Origin: Candidatus Multivoradales bacterium
GTDB taxonomy: Bacteria > Acidobacteriota > Thermoanaerobaculia > Multivoradales > JAHEKO01
Assembly (NCBI GenBank): GCA_965223155.1
Contig: CBDCVR010000015.1
Coordinates: forward strand, 128,001 to 192,000
DNA length: 64,000 bases
Direction: 5' to 3'
Shown: positions 49,325 to 60,053 of the stretch, in pieces
How the letters are laid out: each line of letters starts with the position of its first letter
Position numbering within the stretch: the stretch's first letter is position 1
Made by a program: the position numbers and the translations under genes
The notes under the pieces: generated by a model
The model's input: only the letters and a program-made list of their open reading frames with translations
Databases searched by the model: none
What the model was told of the DNA's origin: nothing

Positions 49325-50329
49325 CTAGGCCTCGATCGTCCGCACCAGGGCGTCGGTAAACTCGGACGTCGATGCCTCGCCGCCCAGGTCGCGGGTGCGC
49401 ACGCCCTGGTCGACCATGACGGCGTCCAGGCTCCGGCGCAGCTTCGACGCCTCGTCGTCCATGCCCAGGTGGTCCAGCATCATGGCCCCGGAACGGATCA
49501 GAGCCGTGGGATTGGCCACGTTCTGCCCCGCGATGTCCGGTGCCGAGCCGTGGACGGCCTCGAAGACGGCCATGGATTCGCCCAGGTTCGCACCCGGCAC
49601 CACGCCCAAGCCGCCGACCAGCCCGGCGCAGAGATCGGACAGGATGTCCCCGTAGAGGTTGGGCATGAGCAGGGTGTCGTAGTTGCCCGGGTTGATCACG
49701 ACCTGCATCGCCATGTTGTCGACGATGCGCTCGTCGGCCTGGACGTTCGCGTAGTCCTCGGCCACCTCGCGGAAGCACTTCAGGAACAGTCCGTCCGAGA
49801 GCTTCATGATGTTGGCCTTGTGGACGGCGGTCACCCGGCTCCGCCCCCGGCTGCGCGCGTGCTCGAAGGCAAACCGGGCAATCCGGGTCGAGGCCACGCG
49901 GGTGATGATCTTGAGGCTCTCGACCACTCCATCCACGACCTCGTGCTCGATGCCGCTGTAGAGGCCCTCGGTGTTCTCGCGCACGATCACCAGATCCACC
50001 TCTCCGAACGGCCCGGGAACGCCCGGCAGCGTACGGACCGGACGGAGGTTGGCGTAGAGATTGAGCGTCTTGCGGAGCTGAACGTTGACCGACCGGAAGC
50101 CCTTCCCCACCGGAGTCGTCACCGGCCCCTTGAGCGCGAGCCGGTTGCGCTCGATCGACCCGATCAGCTCCGCCGGCAGCGGATCTCCGCCACCTTCCAT
50201 CGCCCGCACTCCGGCGTTGTGCCGCTCCCACTCGAACCCGGTGCCCAGAGCCTCGAGCACTCGGATTGCGGCTTCGGTCACTTCCGGACCGATGCCGTCG
50301 CCCTCGATTACGGTTACCGTTCGCGTCAT
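49325..50329 (-). CDS. isocitrate/isopropylmalate dehydrogenase family, NAD-dependent IDH-like
   Basis: GDGIGPE, RSVNVQLRK, RENTEGLY, HKANIMK, NLYGDILSD and EAVHGSAPDIAG motifs. Start is the ATG at 50329. Confidence 0.9.
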   Translation of the reverse strand: MTRTVTVIEGDGIGPEVTEAAIRVLEALGTGFEWERHNAGVRAMEGGGDPLPAELIGSIERNRLALKGPVTTPVGKGFRSVNVQLRKTLNLYANLRPVRTLPGVPGPFGEVDLVIVRENTEGLYSGIEHEVVDGVVESLKIITRVASTRIARFAFEHARSRGRSRVTAVHKANIMKLSDGLFLKCFREVAEDYANVQADERIVDNMAMQVVINPGNYDTLLMPNLYGDILSDLCAGLVGGLGVVPGANLGESMAVFEAVHGSAPDIAGQNVANPTALIRSGAMMLDHLGMDDEASKLRRSLDAVMVDQGVRTRDLGGEASTSEFTDALVRTIEA

Positions 50330-51375
50330 GCGCCTCTCCCTTCCAACGGCGCCCATTCTACGAGCCCGTCGCCGGCAAATACATCTCGGAGCCGCAGGAC
50401 GCGGGCGCCCCGTTCGAAGTCGAGACACAGATCTTCGTAGTCGAGGCCGGGCTCGCCTTCGTCCAGCCAGTACCAGACGACTCGGTCCCCGACGCGAAGC
50501 AGATCCCCCGGAGCCGCGCCGGCCTGGGTAGCATCGAGCTCGACCCCCGTCCATCTCATGCCCTCCCAGGTGAGACCGTGGCGCTCTAGCCATGCCGCCA
50601 GGAGCTGGATGCGGGCAAAGGTCGCTCCCGGGACCGGCTCCCCGCCGCTGGCCTCGCCGGCCTGTGACGCGGGCTCGGACTCGACCTGGGTCTGGCCGAA
50701 GACGCTAGAAGGCAGGGCCAGGGGCTCGGCCAGCGTCAGCGTCATGGACGGAAAATCCTCCGCCTCCGCGGGCAGGCGATCGGCTCCCCAGGAGGTCAAG
50801 CGCAGCTCCGGGATGAGGTCGTTGCCGGGCTTGAAAAACTCGAAGCGGACCTGGAACCGTTGCAAGCCGAAGCGCTCGTTGCGAGCCACCCGCTCCTCGT
50901 TGGGCAGGAAGTTCTCCAGACTAGGAGCGACGGAGCCGGGAACCCGCCAGGCCCGGGCCCAGTCGGCCTGCAGCACCTCGAAGAACTTCGGCGCCGCGGT
51001 CTCGGAGGCCGCGTCCACGAACGGGGGCGAGCTTTCCACGGTAAACCAGAGGATCTTGAGGCCGCGGGTGCGTTGCCAGCGGCGGATGCGATCCGCGGCG
51101 ATCGGACCGTCGGGGAAGCGGAGTTCTTCGGCCTCGGCGTAGTAGATCCGCTCGCCGCGCAGGGTCTTTGCCTCGAGCACGGCGACCAGCTCGAACCGGG
51201 TTCCAGCCGGCCGGCTGACCGGCCCCACAATCGCTTCGCTCTCCCCTTCCGGCAGCACCGCCACCCAGGCCGTGACCGGTTCAGGGGCCAGCTCCTCGCC
51301 GGTGCGAATCGCAAGAAAGACCGCCGCCAGCACGGCCACCACGGCGATGCCGATCCAGATGGGCTTAGCGTCCAC
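50326..51375 (-). CDS. hypothetical protein with N-terminal membrane anchor
   Basis: Coupled to both neighbours, with an N-terminal hydrophobic helix and normal composition. Confidence 0.7.
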   Translation of the reverse strand: MDAKPIWIGIAVVAVLAAVFLAIRTGEELAPEPVTAWVAVLPEGESEAIVGPVSRPAGTRFELVAVLEAKTLRGERIYYAEAEELRFPDGPIAADRIRRWQRTRGLKILWFTVESSPPFVDAASETAAPKFFEVLQADWARAWRVPGSVAPSLENFLPNEERVARNERFGLQRFQVRFEFFKPGNDLIPELRLTSWGADRLPAEAEDFPSMTLTLAEPLALPSSVFGQTQVESEPASQAGEASGGEPVPGATFARIQLLAAWLERHGLTWEGMRWTGVELDATQAGAAPGDLLRVGDRVVWYWLDEGEPGLDYEDLCLDFERGARVLRLRDVFAGDGLVEWAPLEGRGA

Positions 51376-51378
51376 GAA

Positions 51379-53899
<2,521 letters not shown>

Positions 53900-53913
<14 letters not shown>

Positions 53914-54589
53914 CAGACCCCTCCCGAGCCGGACCAGCATGGCCGTCCATCACTCGCGGCACCACCGATCGAAACGTGAGGCGGTGGATCGGACACGGTC
54001 CGTAGCTCGCCAGCGCGCGCCGGTGACTGGGCGCCGCATATCCCTTGTGCTCGGCGAAGCCGTATCCGGGGAACGTAGAGTCCAGGTCGGTCATCAACCG
54101 GTCGCGTTCGGTCTTGGCGAGAATGGACGCGGCGGCGATCGCGTAGCTGACATGGTCGCCCCGAATCACCGGCAAGGTGGGCGTCGGCGCCAGATTCAGG
54201 GTCACCGCGTCCACCAGGACGACGTCGGGCCGGGTCTCGAGCCCGGCCACCGCCTGGAGCATCGCCCGCTTGGTCGCTTCAAGGATGTTGATCCGGTCGA
54301 TGACCGCGGCGTCCACGGCGATGACGGCCGACGCCTTGGCGCCCGCCCGGATCTCGGCGGCCAATGCTGCTCGGGCCTCGGCCGTCAACTGCTTGCTGTC
54401 AGCCACGCCCGGAATCAGGACGCCGGGATCGGGAATGACCGCGGCAGCCACCACGGGTCCGGCGAGACAGCCTCGCCCCACCTCGTCGACGCCCGCGATG
54501 TGCCGAAATCCGGCAGCCCGCAACTCGCCCTCCAAACCGGAGAGAAGCCTTAGGCGGAAACACTCCGCACCGATGTGCGCCAAACTCAC
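53900..54589 (-). CDS. rnhB: ribonuclease HII
   Basis: GVDEVGRGCLAGPV, DSKQL, AAASILAK and HKGY motifs. Confidence 0.95.
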
Positions 54590-54629
54590 TTCGTCAAATC
54601 TTCGCTTCGACGAAGCCGGTCACCGCAGG

Positions 54630-54998
54630 CTAGCTCGTCGACGGGTTGCGCCGGTCGTCGCGGCGTTCTTCGATCCGCGCCGCCTTGCCCCGCAGCTTCC
54701 GCAGATAGTAGAGCTTCGCCCGGCGGACCTTGCCTCGCCGTCCGACCTCGATCTTGTCGATGGTCGGTGAGTGCAGCGGAAAGACCCGCTCCACGCCGAT
54801 GCCACCCGAGACCTTGCGCACCGTGAAAGTTTCGCGGGTGCCGCTACCGCGGCGACCGATCACGATCCCTTCGAAAAGCTGGATACGCTGTTTGTCGCCC
54901 TCGGCGACTTTGACATGGACCTTAACGGTATCGCCCGCCCGGAATTCCGGTACGTCGGATCGCAGGTAGGCGCTTTCGACTTCGCTGAGACGATTCAT
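54630..54998 (-). CDS. rplS: 50S ribosomal protein L19
   Basis: [16 protein letters not shown] and [10 protein letters not shown] motifs. Confidence 0.97.
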   Translation of the reverse strand: MNRLSEVESAYLRSDVPEFRAGDTVKVHVKVAEGDKQRIQLFEGIVIGRRGSGTRETFTVRKVSGGIGVERVFPLHSPTIDKIEVGRRGKVRRAKLYYLRKLRGKAARIEERRDDRRNPSTS

Positions 54999-55021
54999 GA
55001 CGACTCTCCACTTTGGGGAAA

Positions 55022-55056
55022 CGCTCCCCGGCGGGGAGCGGCTCGCGATGATATCA
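55022..55056 (-). promoter_or_regulatory. candidate internal rplS promoter (TGaTATCAT) followed by perfect 8-bp hairpin
   Basis: Extended -10 at 55056-55048 and stem CGCTCCCC/GGGGAGCG at 55022-55040. Confidence 0.5.
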
Positions 55057-55821
55057 CGAGGATTCGACGGAATCGCGCAACTCGGCCACCAGACGGCGGT
55101 CGGTCTCGTCCAGGCGCCCGGCCTCCAGTGCGGCGGCGATCAGATCGGGCCGCCGCTCTAGCGTCCGGCGCAGGGCCTCCCGGCGACGCCAGGCCTCGAT
55201 CCGGGCATGGTCCCCCGACAGCAGCACCTCCGGAACCGCCTCTCCGGCCACCTCGCGCGGACGGGTGTAGTGCGGGTAGTCCAGGAGGCCGCTTCGGAAA
55301 CTCTCGTTGACCACCGAGCGCGGGTCGCCGACCACTCCCGGGACCTGCCGAGAAACCGCTTCGATCACGGCCATCGCCGCAACCTCGCCGCCCGACAGCA
55401 CGAAATCCCCAAGCGAGATCTCCTCGTCCACGACCCGGGTACGCACCCGCTCGTCGATCCCCTCGTAGCGGCCGCAGAGCAACAGCAGATGTGGACGCTG
55501 GGCCAGGGTCCGCACGCGCTCGTCGTCGAGCGGACGGCCCTGAGGGCTCAAGAGCACCCGCCACGCCGGCTCACGGCCGGAAGACCCGTCGGCGCCCTCG
55601 AGGGCCGCAACCGCCTGCAGCCAGGGCTCGGCCAGCATCACCATACCCTCGCCGCCGCCGTACGGCTCGTCGTCGACCACCCGGTGGGGCCCGGCGGCGT
55701 AGTCGCGAAGGTCATGGACGCCGATCGCGATCCGGCCGGCATCGATCGCCCGGCCCACCAGGCTGGTGGTGACAAAGCCGGCAAAGAGCTCGGGGAAGAT
55801 GGTTACGACCGTGAACTGCAC
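55054..55821 (-). CDS. trmD: tRNA (guanine37-N1)-methyltransferase
   Basis: [27 protein letters not shown] and YPHYTRP motifs. Confidence 0.97.
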   Translation of the reverse strand: MQFTVVTIFPELFAGFVTTSLVGRAIDAGRIAIGVHDLRDYAAGPHRVVDDEPYGGGEGMVMLAEPWLQAVAALEGADGSSGREPAWRVLLSPQGRPLDDERVRTLAQRPHLLLLCGRYEGIDERVRTRVVDEEISLGDFVLSGGEVAAMAVIEAVSRQVPGVVGDPRSVVNESFRSGLLDYPHYTRPREVAGEAVPEVLLSGDHARIEAWRRREALRRTLERRPDLIAAALEAGRLDETDRRLVAELRDSVESS

Positions 55822-56342
55822 GTTTCGACCAGCCCCTCGGGAAGCTCGAGAGCGATCCGCTTCTCGGTTGTGTCGATCTCGACCAGAAACGCACGAACGA
55901 ACGGGACCAGCAGCCGCTCGCCGTCGCCGTCGATCTCCAGAATCCAGCCACCGCCGTCTTCACGTACCGCCGACACGACTCCCAACCGTCCCAGCCGGGC
56001 GTCGGTGCAGACACATCCGAGGAGCTCGAACTGGTAGTACGCGCCCCCGGGCGCGGGCGCGACCTCCGCGGCCGGGACCGCCAGCCGGCAGCCGCGCAGC
56101 TCGTCGGCCTGATCCCGGTCCTGGAAGCCCTCGAAACGGACCCGGACCGCTCCCCGGTGCGGCCTGGCCGTTTCCACGGACAACATCTCGGAGATCCCTT
56201 CGGGACCGATCACGAGGAGCGAGGAACCGGCCTGGAACCGCTCGGCGTTGTCGGTCAGCACCTCGACCAGCACTTCGCCCCGGATACCGTGCGGCCGGCG
56301 CACGGCGCCCACCAGCACAACATCGTCGGCTTCGGCAGACAC
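55803..56342 (-). CDS. rimM: 16S rRNA processing protein RimM
   Basis: [15 protein letters not shown] and LVPFV motifs, plus operon context. Confidence 0.93.
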   Translation of the reverse strand: MSAEADDVVLVGAVRRPHGIRGEVLVEVLTDNAERFQAGSSLLVIGPEGISEMLSVETARPHRGAVRVRFEGFQDRDQADELRGCRLAVPAAEVAPAPGGAYYQFELLGCVCTDARLGRLGVVSAVREDGGGWILEIDGDGERLLVPFVRAFLVEIDTTEKRIALELPEGLVETCSSRS

Positions 56343-56356
56343 CTGCCGGCGCCGGT

Positions 56357-56590
56357 CTAGTCGTCCAGGATCTTGAGCTCTAGGGGACTCTCGGAGGGCA
56401 GCGCCCGCGCCGCAAGGACGGTGCGCAGAGCACGCACGGTTCGGCCCTGGCGCCCGATCACCTTGCCCAGATCCTGGGAAGCAAGGCGCATCTCGAGAAG
56501 GTCGGCGCCGTAGTCCTCTTCAATCTCGATACGGTCGGGAGCGTCGACGAGAAGCTCCACCACCCGATTCAGGTCTTCGCGAACGCTCAT
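56357..56590 (-). CDS. khpA: KH-domain RNA-binding protein
   Basis: DLGKVIGRQGRT motif, located between rpsP and rimM. Start is the ATG at 56590. Confidence 0.9.
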   Translation of the reverse strand: MSVREDLNRVVELLVDAPDRIEIEEDYGADLLEMRLASQDLGKVIGRQGRTVRALRTVLAARALPSESPLELKILDD

Positions 56591-56613
56591 GGCCTCTGGC
56601 TCCGGATTCGCGA

Positions 56614-56856
56614 TCAAGCGGCGCCCTGGTGGCCGCGTACCAGCTTGGCAACCGCGGGCGACATCTGTGCCCCCTTGGCCACCCACTCTTGAATGCGGTC
56701 AAGGTCCAAAACGGCGTCCTCGAGCCCTCGGGTGGGATCGTAGTGGCCCAGCTCCTCGATCGCGGAACTCAACGGGGTGCGCCGGGAGTCCGACAGCACG
56801 ACCCGATACCTGGGTCGGTTTCGATTTCCCATTCTGCGCAGGCGAATCTTCAACAT
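56614..56856 (-). CDS. rpsP: 30S ribosomal protein S16
   Basis: MLKIRLRRMG…EELGHYDP…GAQMS. Confidence 0.97.
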   Translation of the reverse strand: MLKIRLRRMGNRNRPRYRVVLSDSRRTPLSSAIEELGHYDPTRGLEDAVLDLDRIQEWVAKGAQMSPAVAKLVRGHQGAA

Positions 56857-56928
56857 GGTTTGATCCTTCGAAATAGTCTGAGGTCGCGGGCCCGGTCGGC
56901 CCTAAACGGGCGGCCAAGCCAGCCGCGA

Positions 56929-56937
56929 ATTCTAGCA
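56929..56937 (-). promoter_or_regulatory. extended -10 element (TGcTAGAAT) for the rpsP operon
   Basis: Motif read directly in the ffh-rpsP intergenic region. Confidence 0.5.
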
Positions 56938-56957
56938 GAAAGCGGCCTAATCCGCCG

Positions 56958-58289
56958 CTAGCGGCCGCCCATGGCCTTCTTGAGCCAACCCCCGCGTACC
57001 GACTTCATCATCTTGCGCATGGCCCGGTACTGCTTGATGACCTGATTGACGTCCTGGACCCGGGTCCCGGAACCGCGGGCGATGCGCCGCTTGCGGGAAG
57101 CGTTGAGCGCGAGCGGCTTCCGGCGCTCGGCCGGCGTCATCGAGTCGATGATGACCTCCACCCGCCGCAACTGCGATTCGTCGATCGAAGCCGGATCCAA
57201 CCCCCGCAGAGGGCCGGTCTTGGGCAAGGCTCCCAGCAGTTGGGACAGCGGTCCCATCTTGCGCATCTGGCGCAACTGGTCCCGGAGGTCTTCGAGCGTG
57301 AACTCGTTTCTGGCCAGCCGCTCGGCGAGTCGGCGGGTATCGGCGCCGTCGAGGCCTTGCTCGGCCTTTTCGATCAGACTCAGGACATCGCCCATGCCCA
57401 GAATCCGTGAGGCCATCCGGTCCGGGTGAAAGTCCTCGAGATCCTCGGGCTTCTCGCCCACGCCCGCCAGCCGAATCGGGATCTTCGTCACCGCCCGGAC
57501 CGACAGCGCGGCGCCGCCGCGCGTGTCGCCGTCAAGCTTGGTCAGCACGACGCCGGTCAAGTCCAGGGCTTCCGAAAATGCCTCGGCGCTACGCACTGCA
57601 TCCTGGCCGGTCATGGCGTCCGCCACGAACAGGAGCTCCGAAGGCGCAACGGCCGCGGCCAGCCGGCGAAGCTCGTCCATCAAGCCGGCGTCGACGTGAA
57701 GCCGGCCGGCCGAGTCCACAATCACGACATCGCGGCCCAGCTCTCGCGCCCGCCGTATCGAATCGCCGGCGAAAGCCACGACATCGAGGCCGGAAGCGTC
57801 ATCGGTTTCCGGAGCCAAGACCGGAGCGTCCACCGCCGCTCCCACCTGGCGAAGCTGCTCGACCGCCGCAGCCCGCTGGAAGTCGGCAGCCACTAGGGCC
57901 GGATTGCGGCCCTGGCTCCGAAACCGGCGCGCCAGCTTGCCGGCGATGGTGGTCTTGCCCGAGCCCTGGAGCCCGCACAAGAGGACAACCGCCGGCGAAC
58001 CGGAGGCCTGAAGCGGCGAGGCCGTACCGCCCAGCAGATCGACCATCTCGGCGTGGACGATCTTCACGACCTGTTGAGCCGGCGTCAGACTCTCGACGAC
58101 CTTCTGGCCGGCGGCTTCTTCCCGGATGCGCTCGACGAAGTCCTTGACTACCTTGTAATGGACGTCGGCCTCGAGGAGAGCCAGCCGGATCTCGCGCAGA
58201 GCGGCGTTCAGAACCTCCTGGGAAACGCGGCCCTCGCCGCGTAAGCGACGGAAAACCCCCTGGAGGCGGTCTTGAAGTCGCTCGAACAT
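56958..58289 (-). CDS. ffh: signal recognition particle protein
   Basis: GLQGSGKTT, DSAGR, TKLDGD, RILGMGD and M-domain RIARGSG motifs. Confidence 0.97.
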   Translation of the reverse strand: MFERLQDRLQGVFRRLRGEGRVSQEVLNAALREIRLALLEADVHYKVVKDFVERIREEAAGQKVVESLTPAQQVVKIVHAEMVDLLGGTASPLQASGSPAVVLLCGLQGSGKTTIAGKLARRFRSQGRNPALVAADFQRAAAVEQLRQVGAAVDAPVLAPETDDASGLDVVAFAGDSIRRARELGRDVVIVDSAGRLHVDAGLMDELRRLAAAVAPSELLFVADAMTGQDAVRSAEAFSEALDLTGVVLTKLDGDTRGGAALSVRAVTKIPIRLAGVGEKPEDLEDFHPDRMASRILGMGDVLSLIEKAEQGLDGADTRRLAERLARNEFTLEDLRDQLRQMRKMGPLSQLLGALPKTGPLRGLDPASIDESQLRRVEVIIDSMTPAERRKPLALNASRKRRIARGSGTRVQDVNQVIKQYRAMRKMMKSVRGGWLKKAMGGR

Positions 58290-58411
58290 CGGAGCCGGAT
58301 GCTACACGCCACCAGCCGGCATGCGCCAGGCCGCCATCATCAATTCGGCACAAGAGATCCGGCCGCGATTCCGTGGACAGCCTCGACGACGCCGTATACT
58401 CGCCGCCGCCC

Positions 58412-59926
58412 ATGGAACGTCGCGCCAAGATCGTCGCCACCATCGGACCGTCGTCGTCGAGTCCATCGGTCGTCAAGCGCCTGCTCGCAGCCGGCGCCGA
58501 CGTCGTGCGCATCAATCTTTCCCACGGCGACGAGACGCAGCATCGGGAGATCTTCGCCGCCGTGCGCGCCGCCGCCGAGGCGGCCGATCGCCACGTCCCC
58601 ATCATCATGGATCTGATGGGGCCCCGGTACCGGCTCGGAACCCTGGCAGCCGATCTCCGCCTCAAGAAGGGCGAGCGTGTCTGGGTCGGAGCCCGCTCCG
58701 GGAGCGAGGTCGACGGCCCCATGCTGCCCATTGACGAGCCCCGGCTCCTGAGGCACCTGGCACCCGGCGAGAGGCTCCTGATCGCTGACGGCCTGGTGGA
58801 GCTCAAGGTCCGGAGCAAGCGCAGAGGCCGGATTGAGGCCACGGTGGTCAACGGCGGCCCGGTGTCGAGCCGCAAGGGCATCAACCTGCCGGACAGCGAC
58901 CTGCCGTTCTCGATCTCGGCGAAGGACCGGAGCGACATGGCGCTGGCGGTCGAGCTGGGCGCCGATTATCTGGCGGCAAGCTACGTCGGCACCGCACGGG
59001 ACCTGGCGGCCATCCGGAAGGTCGTGGCAGATGCCGGCCCGGGGGCCGACGGCAAGCAGGTCACGATACCGATCGTAGCCAAGCTCGAACGGGCTCGGGC
59101 CATCGACCATCTGGACGACATCGTGACCCACGCGGACGCGGTCATGGTGGCGCGGGGGGATCTGGGCGTGGAAGTACCGCTCCACCGGGTGCCCGTGCTG
59201 CAGAAGCAGATCATCGAGTCCGGGCGGCTCCACGGCAAGCCCGTCATCGTCGCCACCCAGATGCTGGAGTCCATGATCGAACAGCCCCGGCCGACCCGTG
59301 CCGAATCGTCCGACGTGGCCAACGCGGTCTTCGACGGCGCCGACGCCCTCATGCTCTCGGGCGAGACCGCGGCCGGCCGGCACCCGGTTGAGGCGGTCCG
59401 CACCATGGCTCGAATCATCGTCGAGGCCGAGGCACACGGCATCGGCGCGCGCCGGGCCGGCGAGATCAAGCCGCTGGCCCGGGCCGGAGATCTGGCCGTC
59501 ATCAACAAGCGGGACCGCCGGGCGGGGAACCAGTTCGTGCTCGCCGACGTGGTCTCGGCCGCCGCCGTCTTCTCCACCCGCCACGTCGGCGTCCGCCAGA
59601 TCGTCGCCTTCAGTCAGGGCGGCTTCACCGCCCGCATGATCGCCCGCTACCGGCCGCGCACGCCGATCTGCGTTCTGACGCGCACCCCGGCGGTGGCCCG
59701 CCGGATCCAGCTCATTTGGGGGATTCGACCGATGCTGATTGGCGAATCCGGCGCCGGCGCCGTCCAGCACGATGAGATCGTCGAGGTCGTGGACCGCATG
59801 CTCCTCGAGGCCCGGCTGGCCAAGGCCAACGACATCATCGTGCTCCTTATGGGGGTGCCGATGGCCGAGAAACCGCTGACCAACCTGATGCGGCTCCACC
59901 GGGTGCGGCGACGTCCCGGGTCCTAG
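58412..59926 (+). CDS. pyk: pyruvate kinase
   Basis: KIVATIGP, RINLSHG, AKLER, MVARGDLGVE, ATQMLESM and MLSGET motifs. Confidence 0.96.
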   Translation: MERRAKIVATIGPSSSSPSVVKRLLAAGADVVRINLSHGDETQHREIFAAVRAAAEAADRHVPIIMDLMGPRYRLGTLAADLRLKKGERVWVGARSGSEVDGPMLPIDEPRLLRHLAPGERLLIADGLVELKVRSKRRGRIEATVVNGGPVSSRKGINLPDSDLPFSISAKDRSDMALAVELGADYLAASYVGTARDLAAIRKVVADAGPGADGKQVTIPIVAKLERARAIDHLDDIVTHADAVMVARGDLGVEVPLHRVPVLQKQIIESGRLHGKPVIVATQMLESMIEQPRPTRAESSDVANAVFDGADALMLSGETAAGRHPVEAVRTMARIIVEAEAHGIGARRAGEIKPLARAGDLAVINKRDRRAGNQFVLADVVSAAAVFSTRHVGVRQIVAFSQGGFTARMIARYRPRTPICVLTRTPAVARRIQLIWGIRPMLIGESGAGAVQHDEIVEVVDRMLLEARLAKANDIIVLLMGVPMAEKPLTNLMRLHRVRRRPGS

Positions 59927-60053
59927 CAGCCCGCCGTAGAGCTCCAGGTGGTCGCGTTGCGAGCGCCATGGAGCCAGATCCGAGGCGCGGGGCCGCAGAC
60001 GATGCCGGCGCCTCGTCGGGGCCCGGCAACGCCGGGAGATGGCCCCATGCCGG

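Noticed and set aside
36700-50329. LysW/alpha-aminoadipate lysine pathway (homoaconitase, LysK, HICDH)
   Set aside because: No lysW, lysX, lysY, lysZ or homocitrate synthase present, and the dehydrogenase has an isocitrate-type motif
56857-58411. SRP RNA (ffs) near ffh
   Set aside because: No conserved SRP domain IV motif visible in the flanking intergenic regions
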